This document shows positions 12,692 through 23,694 of a stretch of DNA of 64,000 bases, piece after piece. The DNA comes from Plasmodiophora brassicae. Taxonomy: Eukaryota. The number at the start of each line of letters is the position of its first letter. The stretch's first letter is position 1. A model generated the notes under the pieces. That model searched no databases and had not been told where the DNA came from. It worked only from the letters and a program-made list of their open reading frames with translations. The translations under genes were made by a program, and so were the position numbers. The stretch spans positions 682,001 through 746,000 of the forward strand of contig CP145413.1 of assembly GCA_036867785.1 (NCBI GenBank). The letters run 5' to 3'.

Positions 12692-15680
12692 ATGCCGGGG
12701 GATCCCAATGCGCGCGTCGTCCTGCAGGACGCGATCGACCACCGCAACAAGACGCTGCCGCGCATGCGCCTGCCGGATGGGCGCCTGGTGCCCTTCCCCA
12801 TCTGTGCCTTCCGCGATTTCGCCATGTTCGGCAAGGGCGTCCTGCTGTACTTCACCATGCTGCGCAAGCTGTACAAGGCGTTCCTGGGCATGTTCCTCCT
12901 GGCCATTCCGCAGATCGCCTTCTCGCTGATGGCCCACGACATCCAGCCGACGCCGTTCTTCGCTGAGCAGACGACGCTGGGCGCCTTTGGCAGCGCGAAC
13001 GTCACCCAGATCGAGGTGCCCCTCATTGGGCAGTCCGTGCCAAAGTCGAACGTCGGCCTGGCCATTGTCGCCCTGGACGCCGTCATCGTGCTGTACTTTT
13101 ACGTGTTCCTGCGCCTGCTGAAGCGGGAGCAGATCAAGGTGGCCGCCGAGAGTGACGACACGACGATCACGGCCGCCGACTACACGGTGCGGGTGAAGAA
13201 TCTGCCGCCAACGCTCACCGACCGGTACGCCCTGTACGAATTCTTCCAGGAGCGCTGGGGCAAGGTCGTCGACGCCGCCGTCTCCTTCAACGACAGCGAC
13301 CTGGTCGCCCTGTACATCGAGCGCGGCCTGATCAAGCACGAGATGGCGCGATGGAGGGCGTCGGAGAAGTCGGAGGAGCGCACCGCCAAGCTGGACAGCC
13401 TGGCGAAACGCGCCGACAAGCACGACGCCAAGATCGACGCCTTCAAGGGGTCGTTCCAGCGGCGCCCGGTCGACGCGTACATCTCGTTCAATTCGGCGCA
13501 CGACCGGCACACGTGCCGGAAGGCGTACCCGAACACGTGCTGGTCCCGCTGTTGCATGTCGCGTCGCCTACGCTTCCAGGGGTACCGCATACAAGTCACC
13601 GACGCGCAAGGTCGGGCTCAGCTGGGCGCCAGCGACACCGAAGGCCATCATGTCTGACCAACCGTGCTCGGTGGTGTCGCAGAACCGTCGAACATCTTGT
13701 TCCACAACCTGAAGTACTCGGAGTCGTCGCGCTGCCTGCGCCGCTGGGTGACGACCGTCGCGACGGTCGTGCTCATGATGGTGTCGCTGGTGATCGTGTT
13801 CCTGGGCAGCGAGCAGAAGCAGAACCTGACCAGGTCGACGACGACCTGCTTGGGCGTGACCGTGTCCCGGGATCAGGCGCTGGCCGGCACCGACGTCGAC
13901 TGTTACTGTGCGTCGCTCTCGACGGCGCAGCTGTACAACGACAAGTCGATCTGCCAAGGGTACGTCGAGGGCGTCGCCATGTCCAAGCTGATGACAGGGA
14001 TGATCGCCCTGACCATCTTCATCGTCAACGTGTTCCTGCGGTCGGCGGTCGTCTTCCTGGTCAAATGGGAGAAGCACAACACGCTGTCGTCCCAGGAGCG
14101 CGCCGTCACCGGCAAGCTCTTCGTCGGCCTGTTCGTCAACACCGGCATCATCATCGTCCTGGTGAACGGCAACCTGTCGGCGCTGGCCCTCGGTTCGATC
14201 TTCAGTGGCGCCTACAATGACGTAACGGCGTCGTGGTATCGCGACGTCGGCATCAGCGTTGTCATGACCATGGTGCTCAACGTGCTCAACCCGCACCTGA
14301 TGCCCGTCCTCCAGATACCGGTCGCCGCCTGCTCCCGGTACTGCTCCAAGGCCAAGATGAAGACGCAGAAGGTTGGGGCGTCGGCCGCCTGTGCTCGGTA
14401 TGCGCGCGCTGATTAACCGCCCCAGGACCTGAACGAGTTGTATTCGGGGCCGGAATTCGTCCTGTCCGACCGGTACGCCGGCCTGCTGAACACGCTGTTC
14501 GTATCGTTGCTGTTCTCGGCTGGCATCCCAATCCTGCTGCTAACGGCGGCCGCGACGTTCGCCACGATGTACCTGTTTGACAAGGTAGGCCCGGGCGAAT
14601 GCCGCCCATCGCCGACCGTGACGACGATTGCCTGGGGCAGATTGCACTGCTTCGCCTATACCGCAACCCGCCCATGCTGGACGAATCGTTAGCCATGTTC
14701 GCTGTGCAGATCATGCGCTGGGCCGTCGCCCTGCACGCCGCGTTTGCCCTGTGGATGTACTCGTTCCCGGGCATCCTGCCATCGCCCAATATCGGGCGCA
14801 GCAGTACCATCGCAGACCAGGGCACGTCGCAAGCGCCGTTGCTGGGCGATCGACTGACTTCCATCCATGGCTTCATCCTCTTCATCCTCTTCATTATCCT
14901 GGTCGTCCACATGGTAGATGGCCGGCCAGTGTAGGGACGCAGCCTGGGCTTACGCACGCTCGTTTCCATTCAGCTGCTGGGGCGGTTCTGGTGCTGCTGT
15001 CGCGGGAAGCACGCCAAGGTGGCGCAAGGCGAGGAGCAGATGTCGTACCTGGATGCAATTCGGGCCGGGATCCGAATCGACAGCTACCACATGCACGGTA
15101 TGGGACGGGAGTACGATGTGCACCCGTGACAGGGATGCCGACAATATGGTGCCGGTCGTACAGATCAGGCGCAGTACATGGACGCATTCCTGAAGACAAT
15201 GTCGATGAAGCAGATGCATGCTCTCGAACCGCTAACAGGTCGGGAAGCCGCCAGGGGCGCGTGCGTCTCTAACTGGGCCGCCCACCACAGAGGAACTGGC
15301 CGAAGCTCGCGGCCTGCGGAAGCCGCCCGCCGCTGTTGGCCCCGGTCCGGCCCCGGCCGCAGGTGCCGCTCCAACACCAGCCCAACCCGTGGACATCATT
15401 GACAACTCCCCAGCTATGATGACGGTACGCTGCCTCGACAGAGACAGGCAGCCCGCGTCCTGCTAACGTGTGTGCTGTGCGCGTGTGCCCAGGTGCAATG
15501 CCCGAACTGCGGCAACTTTGCCAATGTCAGTCCAGTAGCGGCACGTCCACGTGCGTTGCTGACGTTTACATGGTTCAGGTGCCGGTGCCCGGCCTGGGGG
15601 TCACACCGGGGCAGATCTTCAGCTGCCCATGCTGTGGGGCCATGTTCGCCATTGCGCCACCGGCAATGCCCGGTGTCTGA
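12692..15680 (+). CDS. OSCA/TMEM63 (CSC1-like) mechanosensitive channel with a C-terminal CxxC-CxxC ribbon, multi-exon
   Basis: FGKGVLLYF, TAADYTVRVKNLP, AYISFNS, AQ|EPSNILFHNL, EKH..LS, FVGLFVNTG, WYRDVG, GPEFVLSDRY, FSAGIPIL, YLFDKIALLRLYRNPP; 3' exon structure approximate. Confidence 0.8.
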
Positions 15681-16757
15681 TGATCATCATGGGGACGCCG
15701 CGCAATGGCCACCTTGCCGCACCTGGACTGTCAATATACATTAATGGCGCCGGTTGTACGGAGGCGGCCTTCCCCGAACGATAGAGGCACCGCGGTCGGC
15801 ACTGACAGGGCGTGTGCGCCGACGATGACGGAACTTGGAATTCGCGGCCGCATAACCATCCGCCTTCTACGTACGTGTGTCACACACGCATCAATGATTG
15901 CGTCCAGCACGTTTGCGCTCGAATGGCGAAACCGATAAGAACGACTTCACACTGCTCATAACTAACCTGACGGTTTGAATTCGCTGGCGCCCGGCCACAA
16001 GTTCTGCTCAAAAACATAACATCGACAGTTCCGAGCAAGACATGGTTCTGTCTCGGGGCAACACTGTGGCCTCCGACGGCCGACCGCGTACGACGATCTC
16101 ACTCGCGCCGGTTAGGGACAGCGTTGCCTGAACCTATGGGCTTTGGTTTTAGTCACGTTACAACAACTGACCATGCTGAACCGTGCGATGAAATGCTCCG
16201 TCTCGAGGTGTCGACCGTGATGCACACAGCACCATCGTGCCACAGACCTCTTGACGGGAAGACAGACGTGGTGCAGAGCATGAAAGTCTAGGATGATTGC
16301 TGCTAATGCACTGTTGACGGATCAGAAACAAATGCTTTGGATTGGGAAATCGCGTCGTTGTTGCTGCTATCACCCGCACGAGCTCATCGAAAACATGCAA
16401 AGCGGCGAGATTGCCCGGTACAAGCCAACGCTGCGATAATCATGTGAAAATCGCTTCGAGGAAATTACGGTCACCAGCGGGGCGAGGATGAGCGCAATAG
16501 AGGCACAGCGTAACGAGTTGAACTAGTAAGTAGACCTTCCGCGCCTGTAGACCTTGAGGTTTACCGGATATTCCGTGAGCCTTCCTCGTCATTTACGTAT
16601 CGTCGTGCCTAAGGGAACACCCAGGTCGACAACCACGCCGACCACTGCCAAACGACAACACACCGTTCAAACGGAGTCATGTCAGAATTTTACAATAAGG
16701 CAGGACCTTGACAGTGTCGGCAATTACGCATTGGGTCCGACTGGCAGCGTTGTGGCA

Positions 16758-17242
16758 TCAGTACTTGTACTTGGTGGAATCTAGAGATCAGGCACACGTC
16801 AGTGATGGTCATCAGCATTGGGCGATGACGACGTACAGTCTTTGGGGCTGACAACAAGACCGCGACCTTTGCGGGCACCCTTGAAGACAGTCTCAATGAT
16901 GTCGACCAGTTCTTGCTTATTGGTCAGCGCCCAGTTGATCTTGTTGTTGTTCCCGGTCGACAAGTCGACCATGATGTGCTTGTTGCGGTAGAAGAACATG
17001 ATTGTGCACGGGTCGAACAGCTCGTACATGGTGTTGAAATCCGGCACCTGCGTAATATCGACCAGGTAGATGACGGCAAAGTTCTTGACCTTCTCCGCGA
17101 TGCCGAACAGGGCCTCGTCCTGCAGCATGCACGTCTTGTCATCGTCGTGGCCGAACCGAATCACCACGACACGCTCCTCCTCGGCAAGGATGGCCTGGTC
17201 CACGGCCCACCCGCTGGTCAGGTGCGGCAGCATAAACGCCAT
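16758..17242 (-). CDS. DIM1: U5 snRNP thioredoxin-like protein Dim1/TXNL4A; intron 16781-16836
   Basis: MAFMLPHL.SGW.VDQAILAEEERVVVIRFGHD...NKHIMVDL.TGNNNKINW...GRGLVVSPKD|YSTKYKY*. Confidence 0.97.
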
Positions 17243-17498
17243 GGCGGGCGGATATCACCAGACGGACGGCGGGCGCCGCTCGTTGATCCAGTGCCGGATT
17301 TGACCGCGACGGCAGTGGCGCACGCAGCAGCGCGGACTGCGTGACCAGGTCATTTTTGCGCTTTGGGGGAAACTTCCGCCTGGCCCGGGGGTCGGGACAG
17401 GCAGACCCAAACGTGTTGTAGGACCGATTTGGCGCGGCCCTGAGACCACCCACGGCGCGTTGCACAACGTGGCCGGTCTGCGCTCCACGGGGACGGGT

Positions 17499-20245
17499 AT
17501 GGAGGGCGTCCAGGACACTGCCGATGCACGCATCCCGTTCAAGGTCATTCGCTGTTCCTCGTTTGACCATGGGTCCAGCGCCGATGCGCTGGAGCATGTC
17601 GACCCGCAGTCGATCGGGTGGGTATCGGCGCCGTTCTGCACGTACCCGCAGGAGCTGGTCCTCGAGCTGGACCGTCCGGTTCGCCTGCGCCAGATTCAGA
17701 TTCTGTCCCACCAGTATATGATTGCGACGCGGGTCGAACTGTACATCGGAAAGTCGAGCTCGACCTTCACCCGCCTCGGGTACATGTCGCTGGACCCGAA
17801 TCGCGCCTCCCACTACAAGGCGCGCGAACTTAAAACGGTCGACATCCATCCGCAGACCGATGCCAAGTTCATACAACTCGTCATCCGGGGATGCCACGAG
17901 AACGAAGCCAACATCTGCAAACAGGTACCCCGTTGTCTGCCCTGACGCGGGCCTACCTTCTGATGCGAAACGTTACGGCCCCCCAATCAGGTTGGCATTG
18001 TGGCCGTGCGGATCCTTGGTCGACGGATAGCATCTGGGGTGGACCCGTCCGATCTGGCTGTGGATGTCGAATGCGACCCGACGACCGCCGCCTACCTGCA
18101 GCAGTTGCATGCACAGAAACTGCAAGCCGTCAGGAACGAGGACTACGACGAGGCGCAGCGCCTGAAGCAGCAGATCACGGCGCTCCGGGGCATCGGATAC
18201 GAGCTGGCCGCCCTGGAGGTCAAGAAGGCCGATGCCGTCGAAATGGAGGACTACGAACTTGCCAAGCGCATCAAGGTGAAGATGGATGAGTTACGGCGAC
18301 AGCATGCGCCTCAGTACAAACCACCACCAGCACATCATCATCATCAGCAGCAGCAGCAGCAGTCCGTCCACCAGGCCCAACAGCTGCAACGGGTTCCCAG
18401 TTGGCATCGTCAACCGTCGCCCTCGCCACAGCCTGGCTCCGTATCTCGGCCGCCTTCGGCGCAGCCCCGATATGAACCGCACCATGCCGATGTGATCCCC
18501 TATGACGAACGGCCGTTGCCGGCACTAAAGTCGCACCCTGATGATCCTGAGGAGACCGCCAACCCGTTCGGCGATAGGTACGTCGATCGTGGATGCTATC
18601 GGGTGCCGCCGCTGATCGCTCTCTGTGAACCCAGGGCTGGCTCGGTGCATATCAATGCCGCTGCTGACGTGCCGTCCTCATCGTCGGCAACGGGTGATGT
18701 GTCCGATCCCCCCGCCCTGTCCGAGGCCAACCGTGCCGCGTTTGCCGACCTGATCGGCGTGTTCGGCGAGGCGTGTATCGCCCTGTTCTGCTCCAAGATG
18801 TTCCAACATCGCGTGTCGGCGCTGGACGAGATAGAGGCGGCCGTGATGGCCAGTGGTGCCAACCAGTTGAACCGGGCCGTCCAGCCACTGTCTACGGGTG
18901 CCCCTGCCGACGCCGAGTACATCAACCTGGTTCGGCATGCCCTGCAGGCGGTGAGCATTGCTCTGGGCGATTCCATCTGCCAGGTCTGCGTCCGAGCCAT
19001 GTGCCTGATCGAAACCGTCATCGAGACGGCGTTCCCGTCGATGGACATATCGGACATCCAGAACGTGTTCGACCCAGTCGTGCCAACTCTTGTCAACATC
19101 ATGGACCTAAACTCTGGGCGCGCCCGCGAGAAGGCGCGCCGTATCTTCGGGACGCTGATTGACTATCCCGCCGTCATTGGACGATTCCTGTCCAAGCCGC
19201 TGCGCAACTCGAACGTGCCGAAACCGCTCCAGACGCGCGTCGAACTGCTCACCATCCTCATCGAGTCGAACGGGCTGTCGGAGGAGAATGGCATCCGTCT
19301 GGAGCCCATCGTGCAGTACTTTGTCCTGCCCGCGCTTCGCCACCGGCAGAGTTCGGTGCGTCAGGCGGGTGCCAACCTGGCGGTGGCGCTGCACAGCCGC
19401 GTGGGGGCCACGCTGCTGCCCTTCCTGGAAGGTGTCATGAATCCGAAACTGGAAGCGGCCCTGTTCAAGACGATCCGAGATCGGCAGCAGCACCATCAGC
19501 AATCGTCCAAGGGGAAATTGTCAACGCCATTCCCCTCCCACACGCCTGTGCCTGCTCTGGCGTCACTGTCGCCCGTCACCATCCACAACCGAAGAGGGTC
19601 GCCCCCTCAACGCCAGAGGGAATCGTTCGGCAGGCGCTCTCCTGGCGCATTCAGTGTGCCTGACGACGACGCTAATGTTCATGACGCGCCGAACGGGTAC
19701 GATGGTACGTAATGCGTATCGGCGCCTCGTGACGACGTCCCAGACTGAGTTCGTTTCGCAGATGACGGCGAGGACGACTCGATCTGCAGGTTTTGCGGCA
19801 AGAAGGATATGACATTCCGGATTGAGGAGAACTTGGACCTGCATTACTGGATGGCGTGTCCCATGCTGGTCAGCTGCAAACTGTGCGAGCAGGTCGTCGA
19901 GATTCCCACGCTGAACGACCACTTGACGAACGAATGCGAGGCGTCCAACCAGGTGGTGACATGCGCCACCTGCCTGCGGCCGCTGTGCGATGCCGACGAG
20001 GTTCGGCGTCATCAAGATCTGTGCCCGGGCAAAGCCAACGAAGGTAACAAGAACGTGGTGCATTCATTGGTTAACGCGTTTGCTGACTTGGCCCGGGAGG
20101 TGGTAATGAGTGCCCTCTGTGCCAGCTGGTGATTGGACCCGGCGAGGACGGATGGCGGCGGCACCTGCTGCAACCGCCCGGCTGCCCGTGCAACGCCAGA
20201 CAGAAGGACAGGCTCCAAGCGGCAGCATCCAGAGCCCGCACATGA
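17499..20245 (+). CDS. CEP104: Centrosomal/ciliary tip protein CEP104, multi-exon
   Basis: Jelly-roll N-terminus (GW.SAPFCTYPQEL, QILSHQYMIA.RVEL, RLGY..L..N....KARELK.V), UVR-like helices, TOG-like region, C-terminal Zn fingers (CRFCG..LDLHYW..CPML..C..C.QVVEI..L..HL..EC). Confidence 0.9.
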
Positions 20246-20401
20246 TTACCTATACTGTAATACATTGTATTCATTTATTGCGCCACCAGTCGTCAGCTGT
20301 ACGCCTCCTGCAACGCCGACGTACGGCGCGGTACAGCCCGAGACGCAAATCCGTACTCTCTGCGCGTGCAGGGCCACCTGGTGCACGCCGACAGCCGCCC
20401 A

Positions 20402-20473
20402 TCCGAATTCGTATAGTGGCCAGTATGCATCCCTGTCACGGATGAGACCGGGGTTCGATTCCCCGATTCGGAG
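20402..20473 (+). tRNA. tRNA-Asp(GTC)
   Basis: Acceptor stem TCCGAAT/ATTCGGA+G, D-arm TAGTGG, anticodon stem CATCC-CTGTCAC-GGATG, T-loop GGTTCGATTCC, TTTT downstream. Confidence 0.95.
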
Positions 20474-20545
20474 CGTTCGTTTTCGATCCCTGTTTTGCCC
20501 AGCATCGCCGGTGTACCGCAGTGCGGGTGCATTGGCCGTCCATCG

Positions 20546-21145
20546 ATGTCGGCGTCGAACGATTGCCTGGCCCTGATCTCGTACGAGGGCGCCTCTGGGA
20601 CGCTGCAGGCCCAGATCGAGCGACTGCTGGCATCATCAGCGGCGTCGTCGTCTGCGGCGGCGGCGGAGGGTGCTTCGTGCACGCACTCCCGCCGTGTCGA
20701 GTATCGCACGCGGTATTGCATCGATCGATGCGGGAACGACCAGCGCATATCGCCGCACGTCCGGTACGAGATCGTCAACAAGGTCGCCCTGCCTGTTCGA
20801 CCCACATCGAAGACTGCCTGCTTCAACTGCGGTGAGGAAGGTCACCCCGTGGCCAGCTGCCCGCACCCCAGGGACAACGACGTCATACGGGAGAACTCAC
20901 GTCTGCTGAAAGGCGATCAGGGCGCGGGCCAGGGCCAGTCCCAGTATCATCAGTCCAGCAACCAACGATACTACCATGAGCGGCCGGAGCCAAGTCGCGA
21001 GGATCGCCCAGCCGGCAAGTACGCGCGATACGACCGCTCCATGGAGACGACGTCGGGGCGGCACCGCGACTATGATCGTGGGCGCGACTCGTACGCCTCG
21101 GAGTCGTCCAGGTCGCAGTACTACAGCAGGTCGTCCTACCGGTGA
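20546..21145 (+). CDS. CCHC zinc-knuckle protein resembling the ZCCHC8 N-terminal region, with an R/S/Y-rich tail
   Basis: CFNCGEEGHPVASCPHPRDNDVIREN followed by RYYH. Confidence 0.65.
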   Translation: MSASNDCLALISYEGASGTLQAQIERLLASSAASSSAAAAEGASCTHSRRVEYRTRYCIDRCGNDQRISPHVRYEIVNKVALPVRPTSKTACFNCGEEGHPVASCPHPRDNDVIRENSRLLKGDQGAGQGQSQYHQSSNQRYYHERPEPSREDRPAGKYARYDRSMETTSGRHRDYDRGRDSYASESSRSQYYSRSSYR

Positions 21146-21294
21146 ACACGTCGTCTGCAATATTGGAACAGTGTTGGGGGCGCTGCCTGCGTGCGTGTTG
21201 TGCAATGCGTGCTCTTGTGTGTTAATTCCATAGGTATTATAGACATACGGGGAGGGACGACGACGACAGTGACGACGACGACCACGACGTACGA

Positions 21295-23334
21295 TCACGT
21301 CGTGGCCAGCCAGTCGAAGTCGGCAACCAGCGGCAGGTGGTCGGATGGGAACCGGGGGCTGGGCAGAGCCGTGAACTCCGACACGATCTCCTCCGACGGC
21401 ATGTCCAGGTTGCCCAGGACGCGCAGGTGGTTCTTCGTGAAGAAGATGTAGTCGAGGACGCCGACAAACGACCCGGTGAAGTTCGTGAATCGGGGCTCGT
21501 GCGGCCCATACGCCGACATGAGCGGTAGGCGATGGGTGACCGCCTCGGCGGGCGGCAGAACGTCGTAGTCGGAGGCCATGTGGAAGACCTCGTGGTCCGG
21601 GTGCACTCGCTCGGTCTGGATCAGCTCGTAGACGGGCGAATCGGGTTTCGAGTTGAAATCACCACACAGGATCAGCGGCAGGTTCCTCGACAGGACCAGC
21701 TTCTCCAGCTCCTGGCACAGGATGAACGTCTGCCACAGCTTGACGTCCTCGTACTCGGGATCCCAGAAGATGTGCGTGTTGGCCACACACAGCCGGCGTT
21801 TGCGCTGGCGACGAGCGCTGGCAGCCGCCGCCGACCCGGCCGGCAACGGAGGCGTCAGCTCCTCCAGGACGACCACGACGGCAATGTTGCCGCGAGACAA
21901 GCGCCGCAGGGCAGACGACCGGAACTCGCTGCGCCCATCGAGGCGCTGTCGAGCGGCCTCGTTGAACTCGATCGAGTACTGCTCCATGAGGGCGAACCGC
22001 GACGTGCGATAGAAGATGGCGCACCCGTCCATGGAGTTGGACTTGTGGCCCATGGCCGTCCGCGTCTTCATCTTGAAGATGCCGTCGTAGCCGAGCGCCT
22101 TGAGCTGCGGCTGGAAGAACTCGTCGAAGTGATCACCCTGGACCTCCTGCAGACAGATAATGTCGCCCTGCTGCTGCTGGATCTCCTTCAGGATCAGGTT
22201 GCGTCGGTAGTTCCAGAGCAGGGCCCAGAGCGCACAGTACGGGAACACCTGCCTGGTGGCGTAGATGGCGGCCAGCGTGTTGTAGCAGACGACGCGGAAG
22301 GCGGAGGCCGACGGCGTTCCGTTGTGATGGTAGATGAAGGGTCGGGGCGGGGCCGCCTCCGGTTCCGGCAGGACCGGCGACGTCGCCTTCGACATGACCG
22401 CCATCTTGGTGTCGCCGTCCGGAGACGTCAGACGGACCTCCATCTGGATCATCCTGCCTACGTCGTCGGCCCTGGGCGTGTACAGTTTGTCCCTGGAGAC
22501 CTCGGTCCAGATGTTGCGCAGGCAGGGCGGGTACCGGCGCATCAGGTCGTGATAGTCGGACGACAGCGTCGCCGCCAGCTCCGCCTTGGACAGTGAATCG
22601 ACAATGGCCGTCGTCGACAGCGGCATGTCGACGTCGGCGTCGTCATGATCCCAGGGAGCATACGGAGGCGCCGAGCTCGACGCCGCCGCCGCCGCCTGCG
22701 GTGTGCCTGCGGCGCTGCCCCCTGCCAGACCGGCGGCGGGAGACGGGTGGCCGGCCGGCGCGCCCGCCGCCGCCGCCGCCTTGAACCTGGGCGCCGCGTG
22801 CATCTGCCGATGGGCGGGCCACGATTCCGCCCAGTGCTCGTTGGAGCAGAAGTACGACAGGTGCACGGGCAGCGACAGCTTCAGGCACGTGAGGCACTGG
22901 ATCTTGGCGCCGCCATTGCAGTGCGTCACCGAGCAGATGCGCTGCTGGCCTCGGAACCACCTGTACTGCAGGCGCCCGTCGTCCTGCGACAGGTCCGCCG
23001 CCGACTGGTTGCCCTCGGCGTCCTTCAGCAGGACGTACGGCTTGAGCTCACAGTTCTGCACGGGAGGGTTGTGCAGGATGCGCACCGACGCGACCTGGGT
23101 GCCGCCGGGCGACCCGAGCAGCGTCGGCGGCACGACCGCGCCGGGCAGGAATTCCGGGTCGATCGCCGTCACCGGGTAATGGTCGGCGCGCGGCGCCTGT
23201 GGATACGTGCCGGCGGCGGGCGGGCTGGCGGCCGCAGCGGCACCCGGCGGGAACAAGGACGAATCCGACCTGGATCGTGCGGATCGGACATCGGCGTCGG
23301 CAGCGCCCGGATCCGGGTCGTCGCTGCCGAACAT
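21295..23334 (-). CDS. CCR4: CCR4-type deadenylase (EEP domain) with a plant-type N-terminal zinc finger and no LRR
   Basis: YNTLA..YA, W.YRR.LIL.EI, DIICLQEV, DGCAIFY, VANTHIFWDP, CGDFNS.P.S, LDYIFF, PSDH; N-terminal C..C..QC..C...YFCS..H...W..H..H. Confidence 0.92.
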   Translation of the reverse strand: MFGSDDPDPGAADADVRSARSRSDSSLFPPGAAAAASPPAAGTYPQAPRADHYPVTAIDPEFLPGAVVPPTLLGSPGGTQVASVRILHNPPVQNCELKPYVLLKDAEGNQSAADLSQDDGRLQYRWFRGQQRICSVTHCNGGAKIQCLTCLKLSLPVHLSYFCSNEHWAESWPAHRQMHAAPRFKAAAAAGAPAGHPSPAAGLAGGSAAGTPQAAAAASSSAPPYAPWDHDDADVDMPLSTTAIVDSLSKAELAATLSSDYHDLMRRYPPCLRNIWTEVSRDKLYTPRADDVGRMIQMEVRLTSPDGDTKMAVMSKATSPVLPEPEAAPPRPFIYHHNGTPSASAFRVVCYNTLAAIYATRQVFPYCALWALLWNYRRNLILKEIQQQQGDIICLQEVQGDHFDEFFQPQLKALGYDGIFKMKTRTAMGHKSNSMDGCAIFYRTSRFALMEQYSIEFNEAARQRLDGRSEFRSSALRRLSRGNIAVVVVLEELTPPLPAGSAAAASARRQRKRRLCVANTHIFWDPEYEDVKLWQTFILCQELEKLVLSRNLPLILCGDFNSKPDSPVYELIQTERVHPDHEVFHMASDYDVLPPAEAVTHRLPLMSAYGPHEPRFTNFTGSFVGVLDYIFFTKNHLRVLGNLDMPSEEIVSEFTALPSPRFPSDHLPLVADFDWLATT

Positions 23335-23694
23335 GTGCTGCGTGCTCGGCGACGTGCGGTGGCCGGCGACGACGACGACAACGCTGCTTGGTCACGGACC
23401 TGGTCGCTGGACGGCAGAACCACGTTGCGAGGTGCGGCGGCGGCCGGCGACAGTTTTAGGCAAGTGCCGTGTGCCGTCGACAGTGACCGACGCCCACCGT
23501 CCAAGACGCGCTTCCCCGGCCACGCACTTTGCCACGCAGTCGCTGGGCCCTGCGGCAACCGGGGTCTGCAGAGGCAGGACTGGGCGGGCACACACGTGCA
23601 CCTCTGATCCAGACCGACGCAGCAGCCGGCGCGCCGTCCCGCATGGACCCGGACACATGACACCGTTGTGCCTCGTGCCCCATCTTCTGTATTT

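Noticed and set aside
15700-16750. ~1 kb lower-GC interval with short ORFs
   Set aside because: No recognisable protein motifs, RNA structure or repeats; left unannotated
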